From NCBI GenBank assembly GCA_963666275.2, contig CAXXOA010000002.1:1184001-1248000 (forward strand): DNA of 64,000 nucleotides. Reading direction: 5' to 3'. A program made the translations under genes and the position numbers. Source of the DNA: Oceanispirochaeta sp. (GTDB taxonomy: Bacteria; Spirochaetota; Spirochaetia; DSM-2461). The notes under the pieces are model-generated. The model saw only the letters and a list, made by a program, of their open reading frames with translations. It was not told the DNA's origin and did no database searches. Positions 28,260 through 36,873 of this stretch are shown one piece after another. Positions within the stretch are counted from its first letter, which is position 1, and the number at the start of each line of letters is the position of its first letter.

Positions 28260-28909
28260 CTCTTTCCCTTCTCATTTTTGTTCTCATAGTTTCTGCCGCA
28301 GGGGCTCAAAGCCGTTCGGACATCCTTATAGCCTATTACACCTGGGCGGAGAATACGGTGGTCCTGGATCGGGAACGGGCCGTGCGGGAAGCCAACGGCC
28401 ATGTCTTCAGTATGGAAAACAGGTCCGGAGTGGATACAGTCACAACGGCCAGCGTCCTCCCTCCGGGCAATACCTCCCGGATGGCATCCTGGATTCAGGA
28501 GAAAACAGGGGGAGATCTCTACTCCATTCAGGTGGTGGATAAATACTCCTGCTACTGGGATGAATGCCTGGACCGGGCGGCCAATGAAAAAGCCCGGAGA
28601 GCTAGACCCGCACTGACCGGGACGGTGGAGAATATGGATCAGTACGACGTTGTATTTCTGGGTTTCCCCACCTGGTGGTATACCATTCCCATGGCCATTG
28701 CGAACTTTGTTGAGATTCATGACCTCTCGGATAAGACGGTCATTCCCTTTGTAGCCCACGGAACCAGCGGCATTGCCAGGACTATCCGGGATCTTGAAAA
28801 GCTCCTGCCATCTTCGGTTTCCCTGGAAAAGGAGATCGGTATCTACCGCTCCGAAGTCAGCGGGTCCAGAGGGAATGTGGAGTCCTGGCTGAAGGGACTG
28901 GGATATTGA
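28235..28909 (+). CDS. Flavodoxin with N-terminal signal peptide
   Basis: ILIAYYTW, GNT..MA..I, RP.L…NMDQYDVVFLGFPTWW…P, VIPFVAHGTSG. Confidence 0.88.
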   Translation: MFCIRGKLTLSLLIFVLIVSAAGAQSRSDILIAYYTWAENTVVLDRERAVREANGHVFSMENRSGVDTVTTASVLPPGNTSRMASWIQEKTGGDLYSIQVVDKYSCYWDECLDRAANEKARRARPALTGTVENMDQYDVVFLGFPTWWYTIPMAIANFVEIHDLSDKTVIPFVAHGTSGIARTIRDLEKLLPSSVSLEKEIGIYRSEVSGSRGNVESWLKGLGY

Positions 28910-28961
28910 TGAAAAGTAATATTTAGAAAACGGAAATGATTCTGACAGGAATCATTCTCTG

Positions 28962-29627
28962 CTGATTGTAAGGTATGCCGATACATTCTCATATTGTGAG
29001 AAACACGTCGATCGGCCGGACATGATCTGGGTGTGGCAACTGATTTTCTTGAGAATATATTGCTGCTGGCTGTCAACAGAGAAAAGACTCACGTTACACA
29101 TAGTTCTCGTGGTGTTAAATTCCTGGGAGTCGAAATCTTCAATATTTATACGGCAGTGCAACAGGAGAAAGTCACAGCTTTTAAAAAGAAAGTTAAGAGC
29201 TTTACGAAGATGAATCAGGGAATGAATCTGGAAAAGGCGATTCGCAGGCTGAATCCTTTGCTTAGGGTATTTGCCAATTATTTTCGAGTTACCAACTGTA
29301 GGAAAGTTTTTGTACTTTGATGGAATGGATCAGGAGGTGTATAAGGGCCATCCAATTAAAACTCTGGAAAAACCCTCGTCGGCTTAGACAGTTGGGAATT
29401 TCTGTCTTTTTAAGAAGAAGATGGATCGCTGGTGTCACTCTTCCAGCCAGTTGGCTAGCTTGTCTTTGTTGAATAAGTGGTTTGATGAACCTGGGATATT
29501 CAAAATGTGCAAAGTTGAAATAGGTCTCTGTATAGGGGAATTTTGAACAGGAGCCGATACAAGGTTCGCACGTACGGTTCTGTAAGAGGGATATTGCGGA
29601 ATTTATTTCCGCAATACCCTACTTTAT
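28962..29627 (+). mobile_element. Decayed, 5'-truncated group II intron (RT/maturase 3' part plus RNA domains V and VI)
   Basis: LIVRYAD then a 1-nt loss in the second Asp codon; VNREKT…VKFLG; LNPLLR.FANYFR; frameshifted WIRRCIRAIQLKLWK; DV GAGCCGATAC…GCACGTACGGTTC (29551-29580); DVI hairpin ending CCCTACTTTAT (29627). Confidence 0.92.
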
Positions 29628-29649
29628 TTGCCTCTAATGAATTATTTCA

Positions 29650-29717
29650 ATGCTTTTGAAGCATGGTATCGGGGTGGTAAAGAAGTATTGGGCATAATTC
29701 AGTGTTTTCTGTATATT
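29650..29717 (+). promoter_or_regulatory. LysR-type box plus promoter (copy 2)
   Basis: ATGC-N7-GCAT (29650-29664), AAGTATTGGGCATAAT (29683-29698), CTGTATATT. Confidence 0.65.
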
Positions 29718-29829
29718 AAATATAAATCATAGAATCTGACAGGAGAGACTCTCTTCTGAATCAGTTCTCCGGGAACAGGGCTTCCTGTAGGCTTCTTCAG
29801 ATTTTTTCGGGAAATAAAGAAACTGTGAC

Positions 29830-29860
29830 TTGACCTAGAGTCATCTCTAGTTATTAAGGT
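29830..29860 (+). promoter_or_regulatory. MerR-type promoter
   Basis: TTGACC -19 bp- TAAGGT with dyad CTAGAG-TCAT-CTCTAG (29835-29850) in the long spacer. Confidence 0.8.
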
Positions 29861-29878
29861 CTTAAAGAGGAATAAAAA

Positions 29879-30751
29879 ATGGATAGAAAAAAAATTGAAC
29901 AGGAAATATTTCAGGAAGAACGCGCCCTTTTCCAGGGAGAGGATCTTTATATATCAGACACGATTTTTGAATCAGGTGAATCTCCTCTGAAGGAGAGCCA
30001 TCGGATTGAGATGGAACACAGCTCCTTTAAATGGAAATATCCTGTGTGGTACAGTTCTGATATTATCATCCGGAACAGCTCCTGGTTTGAAATGGCCCGG
30101 GCCGGTGTCTGGTATACCAACACAATCACGGTTGAAGACAGCATCATCGAGGCTCCCAAAAACTTCAGACGCTGCGACGGCATTACCCTGAAGAATGTGT
30201 CCCTTACCAATGCGGCGGAAACACTGTGGAGCTGCCGCAATATCGTGATGGATAATGTGAACGCCAAAGGCGACTATTTTGCCATGAACAGTGAAAATAT
30301 GAAGATCAATTCTCTAACCCTTGTGGGAGGATACTCCTTTGACGGTGTGAAGAATGTGGAGATTCACAACGCAAAGATTATGACCAAAGACGCCTTCTGG
30401 AACAGTGAAAATGTCACAGTCTATGATTCTCATATCTCCAGTGAATACCTGGGATGGAATGCAAAAAATCTGACACTCATAAACTGTACCATCGAGAGCC
30501 TTCAGGGTATGTGCTATATTGAGAATCTTGTGATGAAAAACTGTACTCTCCTCAACACGAATCTTGCCTTCGAGTACTCCACTGTGGATGTTCATATCAA
30601 TGGAAAAATCGACAGCATCAAAAATCCCGCCGGCGGGGTCATCCAGGCCGACAGCATCGGCGAGATCATTATGGACGACAGCAAAATCGACCCTGACAAA
30701 ACCAGGATCATCTGTACAGGCGAAGAAGAATCGATGAAAGAAGCCATCTGA
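29879..30751 (+). CDS. DUF3737 family beta-helix protein
   Basis: ERALF…GESPLKES…FKWKYP.W…ARAGVWY…EAPKNFR…TKDAFW…EYLGW…QGMCY…LAFEYS. Confidence 0.88.
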   Translation: MDRKKIEQEIFQEERALFQGEDLYISDTIFESGESPLKESHRIEMEHSSFKWKYPVWYSSDIIIRNSSWFEMARAGVWYTNTITVEDSIIEAPKNFRRCDGITLKNVSLTNAAETLWSCRNIVMDNVNAKGDYFAMNSENMKINSLTLVGGYSFDGVKNVEIHNAKIMTKDAFWNSENVTVYDSHISSEYLGWNAKNLTLINCTIESLQGMCYIENLVMKNCTLLNTNLAFEYSTVDVHINGKIDSIKNPAGGVIQADSIGEIIMDDSKIDPDKTRIICTGEEESMKEAI

Positions 30752-30772
30752 AGGGTTTCCGGAAACAGGATT

Positions 30773-31969
30773 ATGAAATACGATTTTGATACACCCGTAA
30801 ACCGCAGGGACACAGACAGCTCCAAATGGAGTGTTCCCGAAAGCGAACTGCCCATGTGGGTGGCGGATATGGACTTTAAAACGGCTCCCCAGGTCATCGA
30901 GACCCTGGAGAAACGGGCCTCCCATGGTGTTTTCGGTTATACCGAAGTACCCGAGAGCTGGTATGATGCCTATGCCCTCTGGTGGAAAGAGCGCCACTCC
31001 TTTGAGATTTCCAGGGAGTGGATGATTTTTGCCACAGGGATTGTTCCCGCTATCTCCAGTGCGGTCAGAAAACTGACAACGGTGGGAGAAAAGGTCCTGA
31101 TTCAGAGTCCGGTGTACAATATCTTCTATAACTCCATTGTCAATAACGGCCGGAATGTACTGGAGAGTCCCCTGGTTTATGACAGGGGAGAGTACTCCAT
31201 TGACTTTCAGGATCTTGAAGAGAAACTGAAGGATCCCCAGACCACAATGATGATTCTCTGCAATCCCCATAACCCGGTGGGAAAAATCTGGGACCGGGAT
31301 ACTCTTGGGAGGATAGGGACTCTGTGCCGGGAAAACCATGTGGTTGTCCTGTCCGATGAGATCCACTGCGATCTGATCGACCCGGGTAAAGAGTACGTCC
31401 CTTTTGCCTCGGTTTCCGAAGACTGCCGGATGAACAGCGTTACCTGCATCTCTCCCACCAAAGCCTTCAATCTGGCGGGGCTGCAGACAGCGGCGGTGGT
31501 GGTTCCCCATGAAGGCTTGAGGAACAGGATGAACCGGTCCCTGAATACGGATGAAATTGCGGAACCCAATGTTTTTGCCGCAATCGCCGCGGTGGCGGCC
31601 TTTACCCGGGGAGGGGAGTGGCTGGAAGAGCTCCGTGAATATCTTTTTCAGAATAAATCTTATGTAAGAGCCTTTGTAGCAGAAAAAGGCCTTCCTGTCA
31701 GAATCGTCCCTTCGGAGGCTACCTATCTTCTCTGGCTCGACTGCAGGGACATCACTGGGGACAGTCAGAAACTCTACCGTTTTCTACGGGAAAAGGCGGG
31801 TCTCTATCTTACAGACGGAGCCCACTACGGCAGCGGTGGAGAGGGCTTTCTGCGCATGAATACAGCCTGTTCCCGCCGTGTTCTGGAAGAGGGGCTGGCA
31901 CGGTTTGAAAAGGGTATAAAGGATTATCTTCAGTCCGAAAAGATAACAAATGGAGGAGTCTTAAATTGA
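30773..31969 (+). CDS. patB: MalY/PatB family PLP-dependent C-S lyase (cystathionine beta-lyase)
   Basis: PMWVADMDF, LCNPHNPVG, SDEIHCD, SPTKAFNLAG, EATYLLWLD. Confidence 0.92.
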   Translation: MKYDFDTPVNRRDTDSSKWSVPESELPMWVADMDFKTAPQVIETLEKRASHGVFGYTEVPESWYDAYALWWKERHSFEISREWMIFATGIVPAISSAVRKLTTVGEKVLIQSPVYNIFYNSIVNNGRNVLESPLVYDRGEYSIDFQDLEEKLKDPQTTMMILCNPHNPVGKIWDRDTLGRIGTLCRENHVVVLSDEIHCDLIDPGKEYVPFASVSEDCRMNSVTCISPTKAFNLAGLQTAAVVVPHEGLRNRMNRSLNTDEIAEPNVFAAIAAVAAFTRGGEWLEELREYLFQNKSYVRAFVAEKGLPVRIVPSEATYLLWLDCRDITGDSQKLYRFLREKAGLYLTDGAHYGSGGEGFLRMNTACSRRVLEEGLARFEKGIKDYLQSEKITNGGVLN

Positions 31970-32424
31970 AAAAGTTTTTACTTGTCCTGTTTCTGGGATC
32001 ATTGCTTCCCTTTACAGCCTGCTCAAACACAAGATCAGGAACAGAAGACAGTCAGAATTCTCAGGAGGATCAGACAGAAATGACAATTCATGTAACATCA
32101 AACGGGAATACAACGGTATTCGCATTCAATGACAGTACAGCATCCCGGGAGCTCTACAATCAGCTTCCCCTGACTATCAAAGTGGAGGATTTCAGCAGCA
32201 ACGAAAAGATCTTCTATCCTCCCGAAAAGCTCGGTACTGCCGGAACACCCCGGGCCAATGCTAAAGAAGGCTCTCTCTCCTATTATGCTCCCTGGGGAGA
32301 TGTGGTGATGTTTTATGAAGATTTCGGTTCCGCATCAGGACTGTATGATCTGGGACATGCCGTTTCTGGTAAGGAGTTTATCCGGTCCATGTCGGGAACA
32401 GTTGAAATCGTAAAAGGGGAGTAA
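31966..32424 (+). CDS. Cyclophilin-like fold lipoprotein
   Basis: Lipobox FTAC; QLPLTI.VEDFSSNEKIFYPP, YYAPWGDVVMFY. Confidence 0.85.
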   Translation: MKKFLLVLFLGSLLPFTACSNTRSGTEDSQNSQEDQTEMTIHVTSNGNTTVFAFNDSTASRELYNQLPLTIKVEDFSSNEKIFYPPEKLGTAGTPRANAKEGSLSYYAPWGDVVMFYEDFGSASGLYDLGHAVSGKEFIRSMSGTVEIVKGE

Positions 32425-32560
32425 TCCATACTGTTTTTACAGGGGTTCCTCAGGCAGCCTGCTTTTCCCTCTTTGGTGAGGAACTCCTTTTAATATAAGT
32501 TTCCGAAAATATTTATCCTTCCTTATCTGATCCCGCCTGTTTTCAGGTTATACTGTTGCG

Positions 32561-33430
32561 ATGGAACTCCGAGTACTCAAGTATTTTTTAACTATTGCCA
32601 GAGAAGAGAATATCACCAGGGCCGCTGAAATCCTGCATATTACCCAACCCACCCTGTCCCGGCAGATCATGCAGCTGGAAGAAGAGCTGGGTGTGAAACT
32701 TTTTCATCGGGGAGCCAGATTTTCACTGACCGAAAAGGGGCTTCTGCTGCGGCGCAGAACCGAAGAGATCCTGGATCTGACCATGAAAACCGAACAGGAG
32801 ATCAAAGAGGATCTGCAGGATATAAACGGTACTATCTATCTGGGGGGAGGGGAGACCTATGCCATGCACCTCTGGGCGAAGATCATCAAAAAGTTCAGTG
32901 ATGAAAACCCCTCTGTGAATTTTGACTTTTTCAGCGGCAATGCGGATGATCTTAAGGACCGGATGGACAATGGACTCATTGATATGGTGCTCCTTATCGA
33001 ACCGGTGGATATAGAGAAGTATGATTTTATCCGCCTTCCCACGGTTGAAAAATTCGGAATCCTCATGCATAAGGACTCTCCGCTGGCCCGTAATGAGACT
33101 ATCCGGGCGGAAGATCTGCTGGATAAACCTATTATCCTTTCCAGAAGGAACCTTGTGCAGAAACAGATGATGCGCTGGTTTGGAAAGCAGTATAAATCAC
33201 TGAATATAATCGCCACCTACAATTTGCTGTATAATGCGGCCATCATGGTTCAGGAAAATCTGGGATATGCTTTTGTGCTTGAGAATCTGAGTACACCCCG
33301 GGATAATCTCTGTTTTAAACCTCTGGAGCCCCCCTTTGAAGTGGGAGTGGTGATCGCCTGGAAAAAATATCAGGTTTTTTCTCCCGCTACAAAAGCGTTT
33401 CTGGAGCTTGTCAAAAAAGAAATCCCCTGA
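32561..33430 (+). CDS. LysR family regulator
   Basis: MELRVLKYFL.IAREENITRAAEILHITQPTLSRQI. Confidence 0.95.
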   Translation: MELRVLKYFLTIAREENITRAAEILHITQPTLSRQIMQLEEELGVKLFHRGARFSLTEKGLLLRRRTEEILDLTMKTEQEIKEDLQDINGTIYLGGGETYAMHLWAKIIKKFSDENPSVNFDFFSGNADDLKDRMDNGLIDMVLLIEPVDIEKYDFIRLPTVEKFGILMHKDSPLARNETIRAEDLLDKPIILSRRNLVQKQMMRWFGKQYKSLNIIATYNLLYNAAIMVQENLGYAFVLENLSTPRDNLCFKPLEPPFEVGVVIAWKKYQVFSPATKAFLELVKKEIP

Positions 33431-33601
33431 TCGGCTCTCTTTCCTCCTCCCTGTTTCCTGCATCATGGACTCCTATGACCTGAGTCATATCGGAAAATGA
33501 GATGCCGCACTGCCTTTTTCCCTTCAGAATCATTAAATTTCTCCCAAGGATCTTCAAAAAGATTCAACATTTCCTGAAATGGTATTACATATCGGAGGAT
33601 A

Positions 33602-34798
33602 TTGATGAGAAATAAACGACAATTCACAAGGCAGCTGTTTCTGCTGCTACTTGTATTTGTCCTTTCCGGAACCATGGGCCTTTCGGCCCGCGGCAGTCAG
33701 GATACGCAGGAGAATGCCCTTTCGGCGAAGCAGCAGTCTGTTGTGGCTATTGCCGCCTATACAGCCAATGGTGACAGGGATAGCCTCCTGGAGACTCTGA
33801 ATACAGGCCTGGACAATGGTCTGACTGTGAATGAAATCGGAGAAGTTCTTCTGCAGCTCTATGCATATACCGGTTTTCCCCGGAGTCTGAACGGTATGGC
33901 CGCACTGACCACGGTACTGGAGGAACGCCAGGCTGAGGGCATTAACGATCCTGCCGGAGAGGAGCCGGATTTTCTTCCTGAGAATGTGAACAGATACGCC
34001 CTGGGACTTGCCAACCTCAGTGCCCTGGCAGGGTTCCCCATGAATCAGCAGAAAGCCGAAACAAACGGGTACAGCGATGCCATGGATGCCTTTCTGAAAG
34101 AGCATCTGTTTGCTGACATTTTCGGTAGAAACAATCTCTCTTTTGATATGAGAGAGCTGGCTACCATCAGTGCCCTGGCCAGTCTGGACGGTACCAATTC
34201 CCAGCAGATGTTCCATATGAGCGCGGCTATGAACACGGGACTTACAGAAGAACAGATGAACGGCTTTGTGGCTGTTATTGCAGAAGAACTGGGAGAGGAT
34301 AAAGGCGACAATGCCGCTTCTGTTCTGGAGCAGGTTCTGGCCAGACGGGCGGAAATGCCCGCTCCTCCCCAGACCGCAGAGGCCTCTGAGAGAGCCTTCA
34401 TACCCGAGCTTTTTCCCCTGGGAGAACTGAGTGGTAATGAGCAGATCTTTACCGGTGACTCCTGGGTAGCCCCCCTTGTTCCCCCCGCTGAATCGGGAGG
34501 TATCTTTGCCGTTAACGTTACCTTTGCACCGGATACAAGAACCACCTGGCATGCTCACAGTTACGTACAGATCCTGATGGCCAACCTGGGTACAGGTTAC
34601 TATCATGAAGAGGGGAAGGAACCCCGGATTCTTAAACCCGGAGATGTGGTGACAATCCCTGCGGGTGTGACTCACTGGCATGGTGCGGCTCCCGGTCAGT
34701 GGTTCGCCCATATCGCCATTATTGTCCCCGTAGACAGCGGTGAAGAGGATCAGTGGCTGGGTCCTGTAGACGAAGAGTATTATTCCAGTCTGGACTGA
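33602..34798 (+). CDS. Exported CMD-CMD-cupin fusion protein
   Basis: Signal peptide; QLYAYTGFPRSLN, FLKEHLFADIF.R..L…RELATI; cupin VTFAP..RT.WH.H…Q…G.GY…HWHGA. Confidence 0.88.
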   Translation: MMRNKRQFTRQLFLLLLVFVLSGTMGLSARGSQDTQENALSAKQQSVVAIAAYTANGDRDSLLETLNTGLDNGLTVNEIGEVLLQLYAYTGFPRSLNGMAALTTVLEERQAEGINDPAGEEPDFLPENVNRYALGLANLSALAGFPMNQQKAETNGYSDAMDAFLKEHLFADIFGRNNLSFDMRELATISALASLDGTNSQQMFHMSAAMNTGLTEEQMNGFVAVIAEELGEDKGDNAASVLEQVLARRAEMPAPPQTAEASERAFIPELFPLGELSGNEQIFTGDSWVAPLVPPAESGGIFAVNVTFAPDTRTTWHAHSYVQILMANLGTGYYHEEGKEPRILKPGDVVTIPAGVTHWHGAAPGQWFAHIAIIVPVDSGEEDQWLGPVDEEYYSSLD

Positions 34799-34914
34799 GG
34801 TTCAGCCGGAACAGGGTACTCTGAAAACAGCGGAGCCAGTCTCCGGTGTTTTCAGAATTTCTGCCCGGCCCCGTTGTGTTCCGGGGCCGGGCTATCAGAA
34901 TAAAGGTAGCTTAT

Positions 34915-35322
34915 ATGAAACTTTGTAGATTTCTGATTCTGAGTATTTTTGCTTTTTCCGCCGTAGGAAACCTGGCTGGAGAAGTTCTAGACCGGGAACT
35001 GACACGCACCGCTCCCTGGAATGATATCTTCAGTATGTCTATCATTATAGACGGAACAGACCGGGAGAGTTTAAAAACTCTCATGGCGGAAAAGGATGAA
35101 AAGCTCTCCGAGGTGTATAATCAGATAGAGAGTTCCCGCGAAATCGAGAGCCCTCCGGTTCTTGATAGGATTGATCCTACTTTCTGCTCTCGGGGCAGAC
35201 AGGGAAAAACATATCAGGGAAGGGAATCCATTCCTGTAGAAATATTAGGGAGCCGGTTCTTTTACAGTACAGAAGTGGCTGTTGATATAGAGGCTCTTCT
35301 GAAAGAGAGGGATAATTCCTGA
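34915..35322 (+). CDS. Hypothetical exported protein
   Basis: Signal-peptide-like N-terminus from ATG 34915; no family recognised. Confidence 0.55.
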   Translation: MKLCRFLILSIFAFSAVGNLAGEVLDRELTRTAPWNDIFSMSIIIDGTDRESLKTLMAEKDEKLSEVYNQIESSREIESPPVLDRIDPTFCSRGRQGKTYQGRESIPVEILGSRFFYSTEVAVDIEALLKERDNS

Positions 35323-35364
35323 TCTCCTGTCGGTTTTCTCCCCTTGAAAAGGGTATATAACAAA

Positions 35365-36255
35365 ATGCTAAATAAAATAACAATTCCTGTGATTCTTCTG
35401 CTTGCGGCTGTTTTTTCTCCTCTCCCGTCCCAGGAAAGTGAACTCCGTCAGGTCGAGCGTGAGGTGGAAGCCCTCAGGCAGGCCTATCCGGATGTTCAGA
35501 TCTATTTTTCCTATGACAGAACCCTGGAGGATTATGAAATCGTTCTCCGCCGGGATGGAGACCGTTCGGTGCTCTACAGAGCCGGAGGAAGGTATCTTAC
35601 CAGTGAGCTGCTCCCCCGGAAAGAGAATTTCTGGCAGCTGCTCTACCGCTTTTCCGAAACTTTGCGGGATCCAGCGGATTTTACACAGGAGCAGCTGGAC
35701 CGTGTGATGCAGTTCGGGTCTACCGAAAACAGACGCTCCGGCAGGGTTGGTGCTACGGCACTTTTTGATGCTCTTTACGATACCGAAACCAGAGAGGATG
35801 TGGAAAACCATATCGTCCGGTGGGATTTCCTGGGTCAGGCACTCCGGGTTCACTACAGGATCACCGCTCCCCTGGAACGGGTGGAGCAGAAAATCCGTGA
35901 TCTGGCAGCCTCGGACCCTGTTGTCCAGGATTTTATCGATGAACTGGGTTCGGCCAGCGGCTACTCCTGGCGCTCTGTCCGGGATACTTCTGGTAAATCC
36001 TTCCACAGTATGGGGCTTGCGATTGATATCCTGCCGCGGGATCTGGATGGAAAAGCCATCTACTGGAACTGGGAAAAGAATAAGGGAAACGATCTTTGGA
36101 TGCTCATTCCTCTGGCAGACAGATGGATGCCTCCTGAGAGTGTGATCCGTATATTTGAAAGTGAAGGTTTTACCTGGGGCGGCATGTGGCCGATCTGGGA
36201 CAATATGCACTTTGAGTACAGACCGGAACTTCTTGTCTGGAGAGATTTTTTCTGA
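35365..36255 (+). CDS. M15 family metallopeptidase (peptidoglycan carboxy/endopeptidase)
   Basis: WR…SFHSMGLAID and FE..GF.WGG.W..WDNMHFEYRPE; signal peptide. Confidence 0.88.
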   Translation: MLNKITIPVILLLAAVFSPLPSQESELRQVEREVEALRQAYPDVQIYFSYDRTLEDYEIVLRRDGDRSVLYRAGGRYLTSELLPRKENFWQLLYRFSETLRDPADFTQEQLDRVMQFGSTENRRSGRVGATALFDALYDTETREDVENHIVRWDFLGQALRVHYRITAPLERVEQKIRDLAASDPVVQDFIDELGSASGYSWRSVRDTSGKSFHSMGLAIDILPRDLDGKAIYWNWEKNKGNDLWMLIPLADRWMPPESVIRIFESEGFTWGGMWPIWDNMHFEYRPELLVWRDFF

Positions 36256-36288
36256 TCAGACCACTCTTGTTTCTGTTCTCTCCCCGAT

Positions 36289-36873
36289 TCAGCCCTTTTC
36301 CTCTTCCTGCGACTTTTCCCAGCGGGAAGCGATAAGGGCTGCCTGTACCCGGTCTCGCAGACCGAGGGCATTGAAAATAGCGGAAACATAATTCTTTATA
36401 GTCCCTTCCGACAGGAAGAGCTCTTCGGCAATTTCACTGTTGGTGTCCCCCCGGCCGATAGCTTTAAACACCTCTTTCTCCCTCTCCGAAAGCTGGTTGA
36501 TCATCTGCTGCTGGGCTTCTGGAATCCCGGGGAGTTCGCTTTCGCTTTTACCGGCTTTGTTTATCGTTCCGATCAGGGCGCCCATGACACTTCCTGTCAT
36601 CTGAAACACATCGTGATAGGCCTGCTGTATGGCTCTGGCCAGGTCATCCGCCGGGATATCCTTCATCAGATACCCCACCGCACCGGCCTGAACGGGCATC
36701 CTTATGTCCATAAGAATGATCTCCGGATGGAGCTCCATGGCCATCTGGACGCCGTTACGGCCGTTTTCGGCTGTTCCGATGATGTTAATCCCATCCTGAA
36801 TATCCAGCAGGGAGGCGATGCCCTCTCTGACCAGACGCTGATCATCGACAATAAGTACTTTTATTTCATTCAT
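36289..36873 (-). pseudogene. NarL/LuxR response regulator with an in-frame internal deletion in the receiver domain
   Basis: …ILMDIRMPV joins directly to QAGAVGYLMKD; the usual segment from MDG.. through LTTF..DD.. is absent. HTH intact. Confidence 0.8.

Noticed and set aside
29033..29320. RT fragment as part of a retron, DGR or Abi defence system
   Set aside because: It is followed by maturase domain X sequence and intron domains V and VI; no template/variable repeat or msr-msd seen.
33474..33489. Palindrome TATGAC-CTGA-GTCATA upstream of the CMD-cupin gene
   Set aside because: Plausible regulator site, but a single copy with no assignable regulator or clear promoter.
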